This document shows, piece after piece, positions 63,772 to 64,000 of a stretch of 64,000 nt of DNA. A program made the translations under genes and the position numbers. The notes under the pieces are model-generated. The model saw nothing but the letters and a program-made list of their open reading frames with translations, was not told the origin of the DNA and searched no databases. The stretch is from an uncultured Planctomycetota bacterium (lineage in GTDB: Bacteria; Planctomycetota; Planctomycetia; Gemmatales; Gemmataceae). The stretch's first letter is position 1; every line of letters starts with the position of its first letter. The stretch is taken from the NCBI GenBank assembly GCA_963849325.1, contig CAWKHF010000005.1, forward strand, positions 928,001 to 992,000, read 5' to 3'.

Positions 63772-64000
63772 ATGCGCGATCCGTTTTTCTGGTCGATTCC
63801 GCTGGGCCGTCTGTTCGGTATCACCATCCGGGTCCACCTGCTGTTTCCGGTGGTGGCCCTGGCCATGATCCTGCGTATCGCCTTCAAACAAGACCCGCCT
63901 TACATTGAGGGTTCGTGGATCGACGCCGTCATGGTGACGGTCCTGTTTTTCGTGTCGGTGCTGTGCCACGAATTCGGCCACTGCTTCGTGGCCCGCTGGG
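63772..64000 (+). CDS. Site-2 protease (M50) family, 5' part only
   Basis: Own translation MRDPFFWSIPLGRLFGITIRVH...VLFFVSVLCHEFGHC (HExxH); runs off the window edge. Confidence 0.85.
   Translation, partial: MRDPFFWSIPLGRLFGITIRVHLLFPVVALAMILRIAFKQDPPYIEGSWIDAVMVTVLFFVSVLCHEFGHCFVARW

Overview
GC-rich bacterial window whose gene families (DUF1559 prepilin-like, DUF1592/DUF1552, DUF4058, DUF4416, LRR and prenyltransferase-repeat proteins, ECF-type Ser/Thr kinase) point to a Planctomycete, probably Gemmataceae-like; this is inferred from protein families, not from a database search. It holds about 45 CDS, mostly housekeeping or envelope genes (speA, pyrD, recN, recQ, dacB, ABC transporters, glycosyltransferases). 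About 14 are split by small indels, which looks like long-read error rather than mass pseudogenisation. No rRNA, tRNA, CRISPR array, integrase or transposase was seen. The interesting signal is mostly non-coding. (1) A classical-looking ribosome-dependent transcription attenuator (31-aa Ala/Val/Ile/Leu-rich leader peptide, antiterminator and terminator) precedes a class I/II aminotransferase at 59.2-60.7 kb. (2) Two accessory islets (20.4-22.2 kb and 25.5-27.5 kb) carry attC-like sites and cassette-like genes, including TA modules, with no integrase. (3) At least seven families of palindromic REP/MITE-like elements occur; one copy appears translated inside a glycosyltransferase and two supply stop codons. 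(4) Candidate structured RNAs lie upstream of an EVE gene (6S-like) and of speA.
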